Assembly: GCA_017464085.1 (NCBI GenBank)
Contig: JAFUEE010000104.1
Location: 16,226 to 80,225, forward strand
Length of the DNA: 64,000 nt
Source of the DNA: Pseudomonadota bacterium
GTDB lineage: Bacteria > Myxococcota_A > Bradymonadia > UBA4248
Direction of reading: 5' to 3'
Within the stretch, counting starts at the first letter, position 1; each line of letters opens with the position of its first letter. The position numbers and the translations under genes were made by a program. This document shows, piece after piece, positions 9,315 to 19,500 of the stretch. The notes beneath the pieces were generated by a model, which was not told the origin of the DNA, made no database searches, and was given only the letters and a program-made list of their open reading frames with translations.

Positions 9315-12300
9315 ATGCGACGGTTGGGATTATGTCTTGCGTGTTGTTTGGTCTTGAATGCCTGTTCGGAAGCGGAGCTGACATGCGCGGATAATACCCG
9401 TAAATGTACGGATGACCATCAAGGAATCCTTCGTTGCGTGGGCGGTGCCTGGGAATGGGCGGAGATGTGCTATAATGACACCGTGTGCGATGACAACAAG
9501 TTTATCTGTGTCCAGGATCCGGATGCGTGCGTGGAAGGGGCGCGCAGATGTTCGAACGACCTGCGGAGGGTGGAAGTCTGCATGGGTGGCAGCTGGGCTC
9601 AGGAACGTGAGTGTTCCGGGACTGAATATTGCGATTCGAACCAGCTCGCGTGCATCACGCCTACGAGCGCTCCGGCTTGTGTCCCGGGAAGTTTTCAGTG
9701 TGTCAACAATGTGATCATGCGCTGCGAGGGCATGGGATGGTCACAGTTTCAGACATGCGCATCGCCTCTGAGGTGCGATGCAGCGAGCGGGACTTGCGTG
9801 AGGGATCAGGAATGCTCTCCGGGTACGAAAAAATGCGATGAGGATCTGAGCCGCACGCTGGTGTGCGCGGATGGCTTCTGGACGCTCGGTCAGTCGTGCG
9901 ATGGCGGGCAATGCGACCAGGCGACGATCGAATGCGCCGTGGGATGTACAGAAGGGGATAAAAAGTGCAGCCCGGGGAAAGACAGCGTGCTCAAGTGCAG
10001 CGGCAATCAGTGGATTTCTGAACAGGCATGCGGCGCTTCGGCATATTGCAATGACCAGAAAGCAGCCTGCGTGGATTTGCCGGTCTGTGTCGAGCACTCG
10101 GCATCCTGCGACCTGAGCGGCGGAAGCGTGAAGGAATGCATCGATGGCAAGTGGCAGACGACGCCATGCACGTCAGGCAGGACGTGCGTGAACGGCAAAT
10201 GCATCGCGACCCTGACGAATGTATGCACGCTCGGGGTCACGGAATGCAAGGACAACAATATCGTCCGATGCGTCGGGGGCATCCCGGAGACGTCGTCGTG
10301 CGGCGATCAGGTCTGCATGGTCAGGGGCGGCAAAGCCGTATGTGAATCACATGTGTGCGATGACGGGGATTCGGCATGTGTATCCGCGACCAGGAAAAAG
10401 ACATGCGAGCAGAACGAATGGCGCGAGATTTCGTGCGGGAGCGGCTACCAGTGTGATGCCGGAAATGGGGAATGTGTCCTGACCGTGTGTACGGAAGGTG
10501 CGATGCGCTGTTCGAACAACGCTGCCGAGAAATGCGTCAATAATGCCTGGCAGGTCGTCAAGGCGTGCGGCTCGGACAACTGCGAGGTCAAGGGCGGGGT
10601 GGCGTCGTGCCAGACAGTCTCTTCGTGCCAGGCGGGGGCTAAGAAATGCAATGGCAATGTCGTGGAGACTTGTTCCGGCAATAAATACACGCAGAGCCAG
10701 GTGTGTGACAGCGCCACGCAGATCTGCAGCGCTTCGGGGACGAACGCTTCGTGTGTGGCGCGTGTCTGTACGGAAGGCGCGTACAAATGCGAAGGTTCGG
10801 CGCTGAAATTCTGCAAGGACAATGTGTGGGTGACCTCGCAGACGTGCTCGGGGGACAAGCCTCTGTGCGATGCGTCCAAGTCGGCCTGCGTGGCCAGGGT
10901 GTGCGAAGAAGGCGCGTTGAAGTGCAGCGGGACGGGCAAGAGCCTGATGGTCTGCAAGGGCAATGCCTGGAAGACGCAGACGGAGTGCTACAAGTCGGGC
11001 AGCACCTGTGTGGTCCGCGCCGGCAAGGCCGCCTGTGAGGCAAAGGTGTGCACGGATGGCGTGACCTGCACGGGCAATACGCTCCGAGTCTGCAGCGGCA
11101 ATGCCTATATCGTCGAGAATGCATGCCTGAACACGGAGACCTGCAGCGTGGAAAGCGCGTCCTGTGAAGCCAATCCCGAATGCGCGTCCGGGGAATATAA
11201 GTGCGAGGGCTCGACACTGTATATGTGCTCTCCGGCGCGTCAGTGGCAGTCGAAGAATACATGCGTGAGCCCGGAAATCTGCGACGCGTCGTCCAAAAAA
11301 TGCGTCGATACGTCGGTGTGCTCGGCCGGAAGCTATTACTGTGACGGCCAGGTGCTCAAAAAGTGTTCGGGCGGCCAGTGGGCGACCGAAGAGACTTGCG
11401 ATATCACATATAGTTGTAATGCGGACAAGAAGGCATGCGTCCTCAAGCCTGTCTGTACGGATGGCGAATACTCGTGCAATGGCAAGACGCCGAGGACTTG
11501 CCAGGGGGGCCAGTGGAAAGACGGCAATCCGTGTTCGGCATCGCAGACATGCAGCGCGTCGCTCAAAAAATGTGTCGAATGCGATGAAAATGATTTCCAG
11601 TGCAGCGGCCAGACGCTTCAGAAATGCGTCTCCGGTGCCTGGGTCACTCATGAAAATTGCTCGTCCGGGCAGACATGCAATGCCAATCTGGAGATGTGTG
11701 TCGAGTGCAGCGGTGACATCAGCCAGTGCAGCGGCCAGACACTGCTGTCGTGCGTGGATTACCACTGGAAGACCGAAAAGGAGTGCGACAATGCCAGTTA
11801 TTGCGATGCATCTCAGAAGAAATGCATCAAGAAAGACGTGTGCACAAATGGCGAATATGCATGCGTGAACAACAGCCTCAATATCTGTACCAATGGCCAG
11901 TGGCAGGAAAAAGAGTCATGCACGGCGGAGATGAATTGTGATGCAAACGCAAGGAAATGCGTGCTCAAGCCCGTCTGCATGCAAGGGGAGGCTGTGTGTG
12001 ACGGCAACAGCCTGAAGACATGTGATGCATCGGGGCAGTGGGCGGTCAATGACTGCGGCATGGATGCGCTCTGCGTGACCGCGAATGCGTCGGCGCAGTG
12101 TGTGTCCAAGATGACGCTGCCCACGTGGTGCAACACGCAGCATGTCAGGGATGACCGCGACCAGGGGTATGGGCGCGTGCTTCTGCCAGACGGCGTCAAG
12201 CCCGAAGATATTTCCGCGCATTTCGTGTGCGGCGATGTGCAGCATCCGGTCAGTTCCTGGACATACGGCAGTGCGGCTGTATATAACAAGGATTGCGATG

Positions 12301-12959
12301 ACTGCGGCAACAACATCGAGTTCATGAGTTATTCGGTGTCGGCGCCTGCGGGCACATATCGCTGCGCGTTTACGTTCGATTTTGGGCCTCAGACCATCGC
12401 CTGCCCGGCGAACAATGATGGGAATGATGCGATTGCGCCGATCGTCTTGAGCGATTCGACACAGCTGACATCCGCTCAGACGAAGGAGATTACAGTCCTT
12501 GCGCCGTCAGAAGATGCGCCGACATGGTGTTATTTCAAGCATTTTGATGAGCCTGGCCAGAATGGATTCCAGGGCACCTGGCGGGCATACGGCAGGATTC
12601 TTCCGCCTGGCCTTGCGACGCCTGCGCAGATCACAGCCCGTCTGATCTGTGGAGCTTCCGATGTGCCTGCAGCGAACTGGACCGTCATGCGCGAAGCGGA
12701 GCAGAATTTGTTCTGCCCTGGTAATGGCTATGAGGCTTGTGGCGCTAACAATCTGGAGTATATGAGCGCGCCTCTGATCGACAATGCGCATATTTTGGAG
12801 CCTGGCAGTTACAGCTGCGCGTTCCGCTTTGATGTTGGCGGCAAGTCTTATGTCTGCTCGACTTATCGCGATGCCTCGAATACAGGCGGGCAGCCGGTTT
12901 TGCTTGTGCCGGGGAAAATTCTCACAAGTGCGGAATCTTGGGGGATCACTGTTCAGTAA
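9315..12959 (+). CDS. Cysteine-rich repeat lipoprotein: about 20 tandem 40-45-aa six-Cys modules followed by a duplicated ~150-aa C-terminal domain
   Basis: AGGAGG RBS lies 4 nt before ATG 9315. Signal and lipobox are LVLNACS. A module of the form C-x-EG-x-x-KC-x-G-x-x-L-x-x-C-x-x-x-x-W-x6-C-x6-C-x5-6-C repeats throughout. The C-terminus has two copies of a domain beginning PTWC. Confidence 0.8.
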   Translation: MRRLGLCLACCLVLNACSEAELTCADNTRKCTDDHQGILRCVGGAWEWAEMCYNDTVCDDNKFICVQDPDACVEGARRCSNDLRRVEVCMGGSWAQERECSGTEYCDSNQLACITPTSAPACVPGSFQCVNNVIMRCEGMGWSQFQTCASPLRCDAASGTCVRDQECSPGTKKCDEDLSRTLVCADGFWTLGQSCDGGQCDQATIECAVGCTEGDKKCSPGKDSVLKCSGNQWISEQACGASAYCNDQKAACVDLPVCVEHSASCDLSGGSVKECIDGKWQTTPCTSGRTCVNGKCIATLTNVCTLGVTECKDNNIVRCVGGIPETSSCGDQVCMVRGGKAVCESHVCDDGDSACVSATRKKTCEQNEWREISCGSGYQCDAGNGECVLTVCTEGAMRCSNNAAEKCVNNAWQVVKACGSDNCEVKGGVASCQTVSSCQAGAKKCNGNVVETCSGNKYTQSQVCDSATQICSASGTNASCVARVCTEGAYKCEGSALKFCKDNVWVTSQTCSGDKPLCDASKSACVARVCEEGALKCSGTGKSLMVCKGNAWKTQTECYKSGSTCVVRAGKAACEAKVCTDGVTCTGNTLRVCSGNAYIVENACLNTETCSVESASCEANPECASGEYKCEGSTLYMCSPARQWQSKNTCVSPEICDASSKKCVDTSVCSAGSYYCDGQVLKKCSGGQWATEETCDITYSCNADKKACVLKPVCTDGEYSCNGKTPRTCQGGQWKDGNPCSASQTCSASLKKCVECDENDFQCSGQTLQKCVSGAWVTHENCSSGQTCNANLEMCVECSGDISQCSGQTLLSCVDYHWKTEKECDNASYCDASQKKCIKKDVCTNGEYACVNNSLNICTNGQWQEKESCTAEMNCDANARKCVLKPVCMQGEAVCDGNSLKTCDASGQWAVNDCGMDALCVTANASAQCVSKMTLPTWCNTQHVRDDRDQGYGRVLLPDGVKPEDISAHFVCGDVQHPVSSWTYGSAAVYNKDCDDCGNNIEFMSYSVSAPAGTYRCAFTFDFGPQTIACPANNDGNDAIAPIVLSDSTQLTSAQTKEITVLAPSEDAPTWCYFKHFDEPGQNGFQGTWRAYGRILPPGLATPAQITARLICGASDVPAANWTVMREAEQNLFCPGNGYEACGANNLEYMSAPLIDNAHILEPGSYSCAFRFDVGGKSYVCSTYRDASNTGGQPVLLVPGKILTSAESWGITVQ

Positions 12960-12963
12960 TTTT

Positions 12964-13042
12964 CCATGCCTTGCGCTTTCGGCGCTACGGCATGGCTCGC
13001 CTGCTATCGCCTTTGGCGATACGCGGCGCTTGTTTTTTTGAT
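12964..13042 (+). terminator. Hairpin cluster and T-run 3' of the Cys-rich lipoprotein gene; includes REP-like hairpin C1 tatcgcctttggcgata
   Basis: ccatgcc...ggcatgg inverted repeat encloses gcgctttcggcgc. This is followed by tatcgcctttggcgata and then cttgttttttt. Confidence 0.45.
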
Positions 13043-13107
13043 GCCGATGCATCTGCTGTCGGCTCAGTTCGATGGCCTCATAGGCCGCTTTTTTGTGGGA
13101 TATAACG

Positions 13108-13788
13108 ATGATCGATATGCCGACTTCCAAAGATGTTCTGATCGCGCCGAGCCTGCTCTCTGCGGATTTTGCTTTTCTCGGTGACGAGGTCCGGAAACTC
13201 AAGGATGCAGGTGCGGACTGGCTTCATTTTGATGTGATGGACGGCCGGTTCGTGCCGAATCTTTCGGTCGGTGTGCCTGTGCTCAAGAGCCTCCGGCGCG
13301 TGACAGACCTGCCGATTGACGTTCACCTGATGATTGTGGAGCCGGACAGCCTTCTCGGGGCGTTTGCAAAAGCCGGTGCGGATACGCTGACAGTCCAGGC
13401 GGAAGCCTGCACTCACTTGCATCGGACGCTTCAGAACATTCATAATCTCGGATGTCGTGCAGGTGTCAGCCTCAATCCTCATACGCCTGTGGATTGCCTG
13501 GCGTATGTCATGGAGCTCGTCGACTTCGTGCTCGTCATGACTGTCAATCCGGGTTTTGGCGGGCAGTCCTATATCGATGCTTGCACGGGAAAGATCGCGG
13601 AGATACGGCGTCGATGGCCGGATGTCTGCATCGAGGTGGATGGCGGCATCAAAGCGGATACAGTCGGCAAGGCGTCCTGCGCTGGCGCGAATGTCTTTGT
13701 ATCCGGTTCCGGCGTGTTTTCGCAGCCCGATTATGGCGCGGCAGTGAAGGAATTGCGCCAGCTGGCACTGCGCGCGCGTGCGCAATGA
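13108..13788 (+). CDS. rpe: Ribulose-phosphate 3-epimerase
   Basis: The segments PSLLSADF, HFDVMDGRFVPN and VDGGI are classic Rpe motifs. The start is chosen at the first ATG (MIDMPTS). Confidence 0.9.
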   Translation: MIDMPTSKDVLIAPSLLSADFAFLGDEVRKLKDAGADWLHFDVMDGRFVPNLSVGVPVLKSLRRVTDLPIDVHLMIVEPDSLLGAFAKAGADTLTVQAEACTHLHRTLQNIHNLGCRAGVSLNPHTPVDCLAYVMELVDFVLVMTVNPGFGGQSYIDACTGKIAEIRRRWPDVCIEVDGGIKADTVGKASCAGANVFVSGSGVFSQPDYGAAVKELRQLALRARAQ

Positions 13789-13927
13789 CAGGTAGACTGG
13801 ATGCATGTCGTTCTGGCGGCGATGATTGGCGCTTGACGATTTTGTACAGTCTGTATAGTAATTAAGTTGCTATTTTTAAGAACTGAATCATCCTGATGAG
13901 GATGAATAAGTAATTGAAGGCTGTAAA

Positions 13928-16246
13928 GTGGCACTGGATAAAGAGAAAATTTTAGCGTCTGCCCAGAAGTACGAGGACAAGTCACAGTATGAGAAGGCGA
14001 TCAGGGAATACCAGAAGATCATCGAGATCGAGCCTAAGAACGAGCGTGTCCTTTTAAATACCGCGTCCTGCTATGACAATTTGGGAAAACGTCAGGAAGC
14101 AGCGCGCTATTATTCCAGAGCCGCCGGTTGCTATCGGACAAAAGGGGCGTATCAGAAAGCGGTAGCGGTGTTCAAGCAGGCGCAGAAATGCCTTCCTGAT
14201 GATGACGTGATCGCGATGGATATGGCCGAGCTCTATACGGCATTAGGCCTTCAGCACGAAGCCATCGGACAGCTTGAGAAATGTCTCGCGCGCAGTGAGC
14301 GGGCAAACGATCGACGGGCCGTGACAAAGATCCTGCAGACGATGGTCAAGGCCGACAGCGAGAATATCCAGACGCGCACGCGCTATGCTCAGGTCATACT
14401 TGAGGATGGTGATGTCGAGGGGGCAACGAGGCAGTACACGCTGGCGCTTGCGCAGCTGCTCAGTAAAGAGCGCTATGTCGATTATATTCAGACATCGCGG
14501 GAATATCTGAAAATCGTTCCCAATGATGCCGATGTGCTTCAGGAGCTCGGAAAAATTTATATCCGTATGGAGCGCTATAATGATGCGCTTGCGCTTCTTT
14601 CCCCGATTCGTTCCGAGGAACGCTCCCCGCAGATACGCGAGCTGTTTATCAATTGCTATATCAAGCTGCACAGGACGACGGATGCTGGGGAAGAGCTCAA
14701 GGCGCTTGCGCGTCAATATGAGGCGGAGGGCGGTCGTTCGGATCTCATTGAGGATGCTTGGCAGCGTGCGCGGAAGCTTCTCCCGAATGATCCTGAAGTT
14801 TCTGAATTTTTTGGTGACGAGCCCCCGTTGCTCTCAGACAGTGCGCTCAACATCGTCAGTCCGGGCATTGAGACAGACCGGACGAATGGTGGTGATTCTC
14901 TGTCGCAGGTGGAGCGCATGCTCGCACAGAAATTCAGCCATTCCATGGAAGCCTATCGTCAGGGAAGGATAAGCGAAGCCAAAACGCTATGCCTGCAGAT
15001 TATCGATTCTGACGAGCAATATATGCCAGCTTTGCAGCTGCTCTCGCAGATCTGTGAAAATGACGGGGATAACCTGACGCTGGCTCAAATTGAGCGCAAA
15101 CTTGCGAAGGCTGTCTTTGATTCAGATCCGGATGCAGCGGTGCGTCATGTCCTCAAAGCGGAAAAATGTACGCCCGGAGCTTGGGAAAATTTCAATCTTT
15201 TGCTCGTCTTTGGATTAGAACCGTCTCGATATGGCCTGAAGGCGCCGAACAGTTTTACGGCGTCTTCTTCCGCAAGGATTGCTGTTTCTCCAGCCCCGAG
15301 CCCGGTGCCTGCCAAACGCCCTGGGCCGCCTCCGCTTCCCGGAAAGCGTACGAAGCCTGCAGTTGATATCTCTCTGGTGGAACGCGCGTTTCAAAATCAG
15401 TCAGCCGGGGAGCGCTATGGTGACGGCTCGAATGCGCCGCATGTCGATGGCAACGAAATCACGCGAAACCCTGCTCTGGATTATATTCCGGAAGACGTTG
15501 AGGATGCGTTTGATGATGCTTTCGACGATTTGCTCAAAACCCCGACGGAACCTGTTCAGGCGGTGTATAGTGAGATGCCTGAATGGATGAATGCATCCAA
15601 TAGCGTTGCTCAGAGAGACGGCGCTCATGAGGATACGTCTCTGAATGAGGCCATTCAGAGACGTGCAGCTCAGACGGCTGTTTCTGGACCTCAGAGCGGT
15701 ATTCCGCTTTCGAAGCCAGGAATCCCGCTTTCGCCTCGCGCACAAGGCATTCCGCTTGCTCAGCGTCCGCAGGCTGTTCCGCTTACGCAGCGCTCGCAGT
15801 CCGGCATTCCGCTCACGCAGCGCTCGCAGCCCGGCATTCCGCTCACGCAGCGCTCGCAGCCCGGCATTCCGCTCACGCAGCGCTCGCAGCCCGGCATTCC
15901 GCTCACGCAGCGCTCGCAGCCCGGCATTCCGCTTGCACAGCGCCCGCAGGCTGTTCCGCTCACGCAGCGCTCGCAGCCCGGCATTCCGCTCACGCAGCGC
16001 TCGCAGCCCGGCATTCCGCTTGCCCAGCCTGCGCCTCCGGTCGCTGAGCCGGCGCCAACTGTCCCTTTGATGGAGGCTGTGGGGATTCCTGATTCTGAAC
16101 GCCATCGGGTTACGGAGGCGATACAGGAAATAGATTTTTATGCTTCTCTGATGCTGATGGATGATGCGCATAATTTGTTGCAGAAATTGATCGACGAATT
16201 TGGGGATGTCGATATCATTCATGAAGCAAAGCTCCGTCTAGGGTGA
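13928..16246 (+). CDS. TPR-repeat protein with a C-terminal Pro/Gln-rich tandem decapeptide array (GIPLTQRSQP xN)
   Basis: GTG start with GAAGG 7 nt upstream. The N-terminal 400 aa have TPR-like periodicity (YEKAIREYQKIIEIEPKNERVLLNTASCYDNLGKRQEA). The C-terminus has an in-frame 30-bp repeat array. Confidence 0.75.
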   Translation: MALDKEKILASAQKYEDKSQYEKAIREYQKIIEIEPKNERVLLNTASCYDNLGKRQEAARYYSRAAGCYRTKGAYQKAVAVFKQAQKCLPDDDVIAMDMAELYTALGLQHEAIGQLEKCLARSERANDRRAVTKILQTMVKADSENIQTRTRYAQVILEDGDVEGATRQYTLALAQLLSKERYVDYIQTSREYLKIVPNDADVLQELGKIYIRMERYNDALALLSPIRSEERSPQIRELFINCYIKLHRTTDAGEELKALARQYEAEGGRSDLIEDAWQRARKLLPNDPEVSEFFGDEPPLLSDSALNIVSPGIETDRTNGGDSLSQVERMLAQKFSHSMEAYRQGRISEAKTLCLQIIDSDEQYMPALQLLSQICENDGDNLTLAQIERKLAKAVFDSDPDAAVRHVLKAEKCTPGAWENFNLLLVFGLEPSRYGLKAPNSFTASSSARIAVSPAPSPVPAKRPGPPPLPGKRTKPAVDISLVERAFQNQSAGERYGDGSNAPHVDGNEITRNPALDYIPEDVEDAFDDAFDDLLKTPTEPVQAVYSEMPEWMNASNSVAQRDGAHEDTSLNEAIQRRAAQTAVSGPQSGIPLSKPGIPLSPRAQGIPLAQRPQAVPLTQRSQSGIPLTQRSQPGIPLTQRSQPGIPLTQRSQPGIPLTQRSQPGIPLAQRPQAVPLTQRSQPGIPLTQRSQPGIPLAQPAPPVAEPAPTVPLMEAVGIPDSERHRVTEAIQEIDFYASLMLMDDAHNLLQKLIDEFGDVDIIHEAKLRLG
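15772..16020 (+). repeat. In-frame 30-bp coding tandem repeat, about 8 copies, encoding QRSQPGIPLT
   Basis: ccggcattccgctcacgcagcgctcgcagc is repeated with minor variants. Confidence 0.85.
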
Positions 16247-16265
16247 GTATCATTGAGCTCTTTAT

Positions 16266-16293
16266 AGCCCGGCTGAAAAGCCGGGCTTTTTTG
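16266..16293 (+). terminator. Canonical rho-independent terminator (GCCCGGC tgaaaa GCCGGGC TTTTTT)
   Basis: Perfect 7-bp GC stem, 6-nt loop and T6 run, 20 nt after the TPR gene stop. Confidence 0.8.
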
Positions 16294-16366
16294 TTCTTTT
16301 AGAGAGGCGCGCTCGCTGCCAATAAGAGCTGCAATGGGGGGCATTGCATTTGGGAAGCATAAAAAA

Positions 16367-16526
16367 GCGCCGCGTATCGGCAGAAAGCCGAAAGCGGCGT
16401 TGCGCAGGCGTATGGCGGCAGCCATAGCCGCGCCTGTGAAAATAAGCGCGCCGCGTATCGGCAGAAAGCCGAGAGCGGCGTTGCGCAGGCGTATGGCGAC
16501 AGCCATAGCTGCGCTTGCAAAAGAAT
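16367..16526. repeat. Intergenic 80-bp direct repeat, 2 copies, each containing REP-like hairpins (gcgtatcgg...; tatggcggcagccata)
   Basis: gcgccgcgtatcggcagaaagccga[a/g]agcggcgttgcgcaggcgtatggcg[g/a]cagccatagc[c/t]gcgc is repeated head-to-tail between convergent genes. The ORFs on both strands here are repeat artefacts. Confidence 0.8.
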
Positions 16527-16588
16527 AAAAAAAGGGCGGCTGAGTGCCGCCCTGTGCGTTAATTGGCTTTAGAGAGCTCTATACGGGC

Positions 16589-19500
16589 TCATTCTCCGCC
16601 AGGCTTCTGCTCCTCAGGCTTCTGCTCCTCAGGCTTCTGCTCCTCAGGTTTCTGATCATCTTTCTTATCATCATTGTTTTGGGCTTTGTCGATGCCATAG
16701 ACCTTGATGTTGTCGAGACGCATCATCTTATAGCCTTCGTCGGTGGCGTTCGTGTCTTCAATGCCCTTGTCGTTGACGATGATCGGCCAGATGTTGTTCT
16801 CTGCGACGGGATCGAGTGTGAGTTTGAGCCATTCGCCTTCCTTGGTGGCGTTCTTCTTATCGTTGATCACGATGGTGCGACCGTCGCCAAAGACGCTCAG
16901 TTCGATCTTGGTGATTTCGAATGCGTCGGTCTTTGTTGTCAGTGAGAAATGACATTTGTCTTTGCCGCCGACTGCGAGATCTGTGCCGAGCGCGCCTACG
17001 ACGCCGTCTTCGCCGGCGACGATCTTGAGCTTGGCGCTCTCGCAGCTGAAAACAAATTTGGCCGCAGCAGCATTCTTGGAGTCAGTGTCTGGCTTGATGT
17101 CAGCCTTGTCGATTGGTGAAGATTTCTTGGTATCCTTATTCCAATACTGATCGAATGTGCTCCAGGATGCGAGCAGTTCGGGGAGCGAGGTGGGCGTAGG
17201 CGCGGGTTTGTCGGTTTCATCCGTGCAGCCCTTGAGCTCTTTGTTCATCAGGCAGACGGGCGAATCGCATTTGCCTTTGCATGCAGTTTTGACCTGGGCT
17301 TCGAAGCATTTTGCGCTATCTTCGTCACTCAGCGGGGCTGACTGATCTACTGGCTTTTCGCAAATATTCACATCCCAGCTTTCGACGGCGGAGCCACCGG
17401 AGCAGACGACGATCGTGTCGTTGTCTTGGCAAGCTTTGTCTTTGCAATGCGTCAGGCATTCCTCGTTGGTCACGCCGTAGCCATTGTTGATGATTTCGGA
17501 GTTGAGGTCACACGTAGGATCGCCGCATGTCGTAAAGGCTTCGCAGTTTTTTTTGCATTCATTGTTGGCAGAAAGGATGATCTGCGTGGCTGTGGCGCCG
17601 GCGTATTCGGTATTGAATTTGCCTTCTTCTGTGCAGACAACGACGCCAGCCCCCTGGCAGCCTGTTTTGTCGCAACGGTTGTTTTTGGCCCAGCTTGAAG
17701 GATCGCTGAACGAACCGCCCAGACATGCCTGGTTAGTGTGATCTTTGATCTGCGCTCCTTCCTTGGCCTCTTTGAGGACCTTTCGGCAAACGCTGTTTTT
17801 GGCCTTGAATTCATCGAGTGATTTGCCGCCACTCAGTTCCATCGTCGGCTTGTCGTTTTCATCTTTATAAGCGATCCATGCGCCGCCGATGGTGTCTTCA
17901 GGTTTTTTGCCGTCGGCCTTGGTCTCTCCGAGAGAACCGGTGCCTGTCCAGCTGCCTTTGACGATCTGCTGCGCGACACAGCCAATGCCTGCGGCCGGGG
18001 CAACGCAGAGCTTGCCGCGCTGGAATTCGCCAGTGCCATCAAGCGTCAGGTTGAGAGACGCATATTTGCTGACTGCGAAGGAAACGGTCTGGCCGGAAAG
18101 CCAATTCAGGCTCAGCTCGCAGAACGTGGAGAGATCGACACTGCCAAGAAGCGGCAACGAGATATTGCCGAGCTTGGAGCAGTCGAGAATATTGGCAAAA
18201 CTGAGGTTGCCGCTGTCGTCGATTGCGCCGATGAATTTGCCGATGACCTGATAGATGAACTCCCCATAAGTGAGATTGAGCGAGAACTTGGTGATCGCAA
18301 GCTGATCGATGCCGTTCGTGAGCTTGGCTTCGGTCCATTTGCCTTCGACGATATTGCCCGGAAGCTCGAGTTTCTTGTCGCCGGTAAACGGAATAAGGGC
18401 ACCGTTATATTTGGCACTGCCTTTAAACTTGCCGGAGTTGCCGTCTTTCTCGAGGGTGAGGTCGCCAGTGAGTGTCAGGTACTGAACGCTGTCGAACACT
18501 TTGCAGAGCTGTTCGGCGATGGCATCCGCGCTGAGGTATTTGTCGAGCAAGGATTTGATGCCCTTTCTGGCCAGCGGCGCGATCTTTTTGCCGATGCTGT
18601 TGATGTGCGTGTAATAATAGAACTTGGCACAGGTGCAGTCGCACTTCGTGTAAAGCTTTTTAAGGCAATCTTTGTCTTCTTTGCCTTTATCATCGAAACA
18701 ATCTTTGTATTTCTGGCCGGAGTTGATCTCGCAGATGCTTTCAAGTTTCGAGACATTGCTGCCATCGGACGGCATACATTTGTTTTTCTTCTGGGAATTT
18801 TCGACACATTTAGTTGTATTGGTATTGTCGCCATCAAAGAAAACATAAGTATCGAGCTCCTCCATGACTTTTTTGGCCGGATCGGCATCGAGGAATTCCT
18901 CGTATTTCGTCATGATCTTGTCGATGCTCTCTTTGACTTTTGAGCCGTCTTTCATCAGAGGCCCGAGGTCGAAGAGGGATTCGGTCTTGTAGCTTTCAGC
19001 AAAGCTGAGCGGGATTTCGGAGAGAAGCACTTTGACATCCATGCGGCGAACTGGCGCGCATTTGCACTTGCCGTCTTTGTCTTTCTGGCTGTTCTTGCAT
19101 GTCGTCAGTCGTTCCGAGTCGTCGCAGGTATTCGGCGTCGTCGGAGAGCCGAAGCGGTTCATGGCGCTGCAGCCGAACACGAGCGGGGAACTGCCGGAAT
19201 CACCAACGGCAAACACGATGTACTTGTCTTTGTGGTTATCGAGGATCAGCTCTTTGGGATAATATTTATTATCGCCTGCTTCTGTCACTTTTTCGAGATC
19301 GCAGATATGGAGCGAATCTTGGGGCTCTGCTTTCAGGCAGTTTGTTTTTCGCGAAGATTCGTTTGCGACGAGGAAGTTCTCGCTGCAGCTGTGATCATCG
19401 GAGGACAGGATGTAATAGCTGACGCCGTTGTAAGCGAGTTTCTGCACGTTCGTGCCGTCGGCTTCGAGCTTGATATGGTTGATTTCCGTGACAGAGGGCG

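Noticed and set aside
10347-11765. 472-aa minus-strand ORF plus multiple other ORFs on all frames inside the Cys-rich repeat gene
   Set aside because: They lie entirely within the strongly supported + strand gene 9315..12959. Their Arg/Ala/Pro-rich low-complexity translations are typical of antisense frames in high-GC periodic DNA. They have no RBS.
15772-16020. Possible CRISPR array (regular 30-bp repeats)
   Set aside because: The repeats are contiguous with no unique spacers, sit in-frame within a long ORF, and encode a decapeptide repeat. This is a coding VNTR, not a CRISPR.
16334-16528. Small ORFs (64 aa + strand; 95 and 73 aa - strand) encoding RIGRKPKAALRRRMAAAIAA-like peptides
   Set aside because: These are translations of the 80-bp REP-like tandem repeat on both strands. 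They have no RBS, and the basic or low-complexity products are mirror images of each other.
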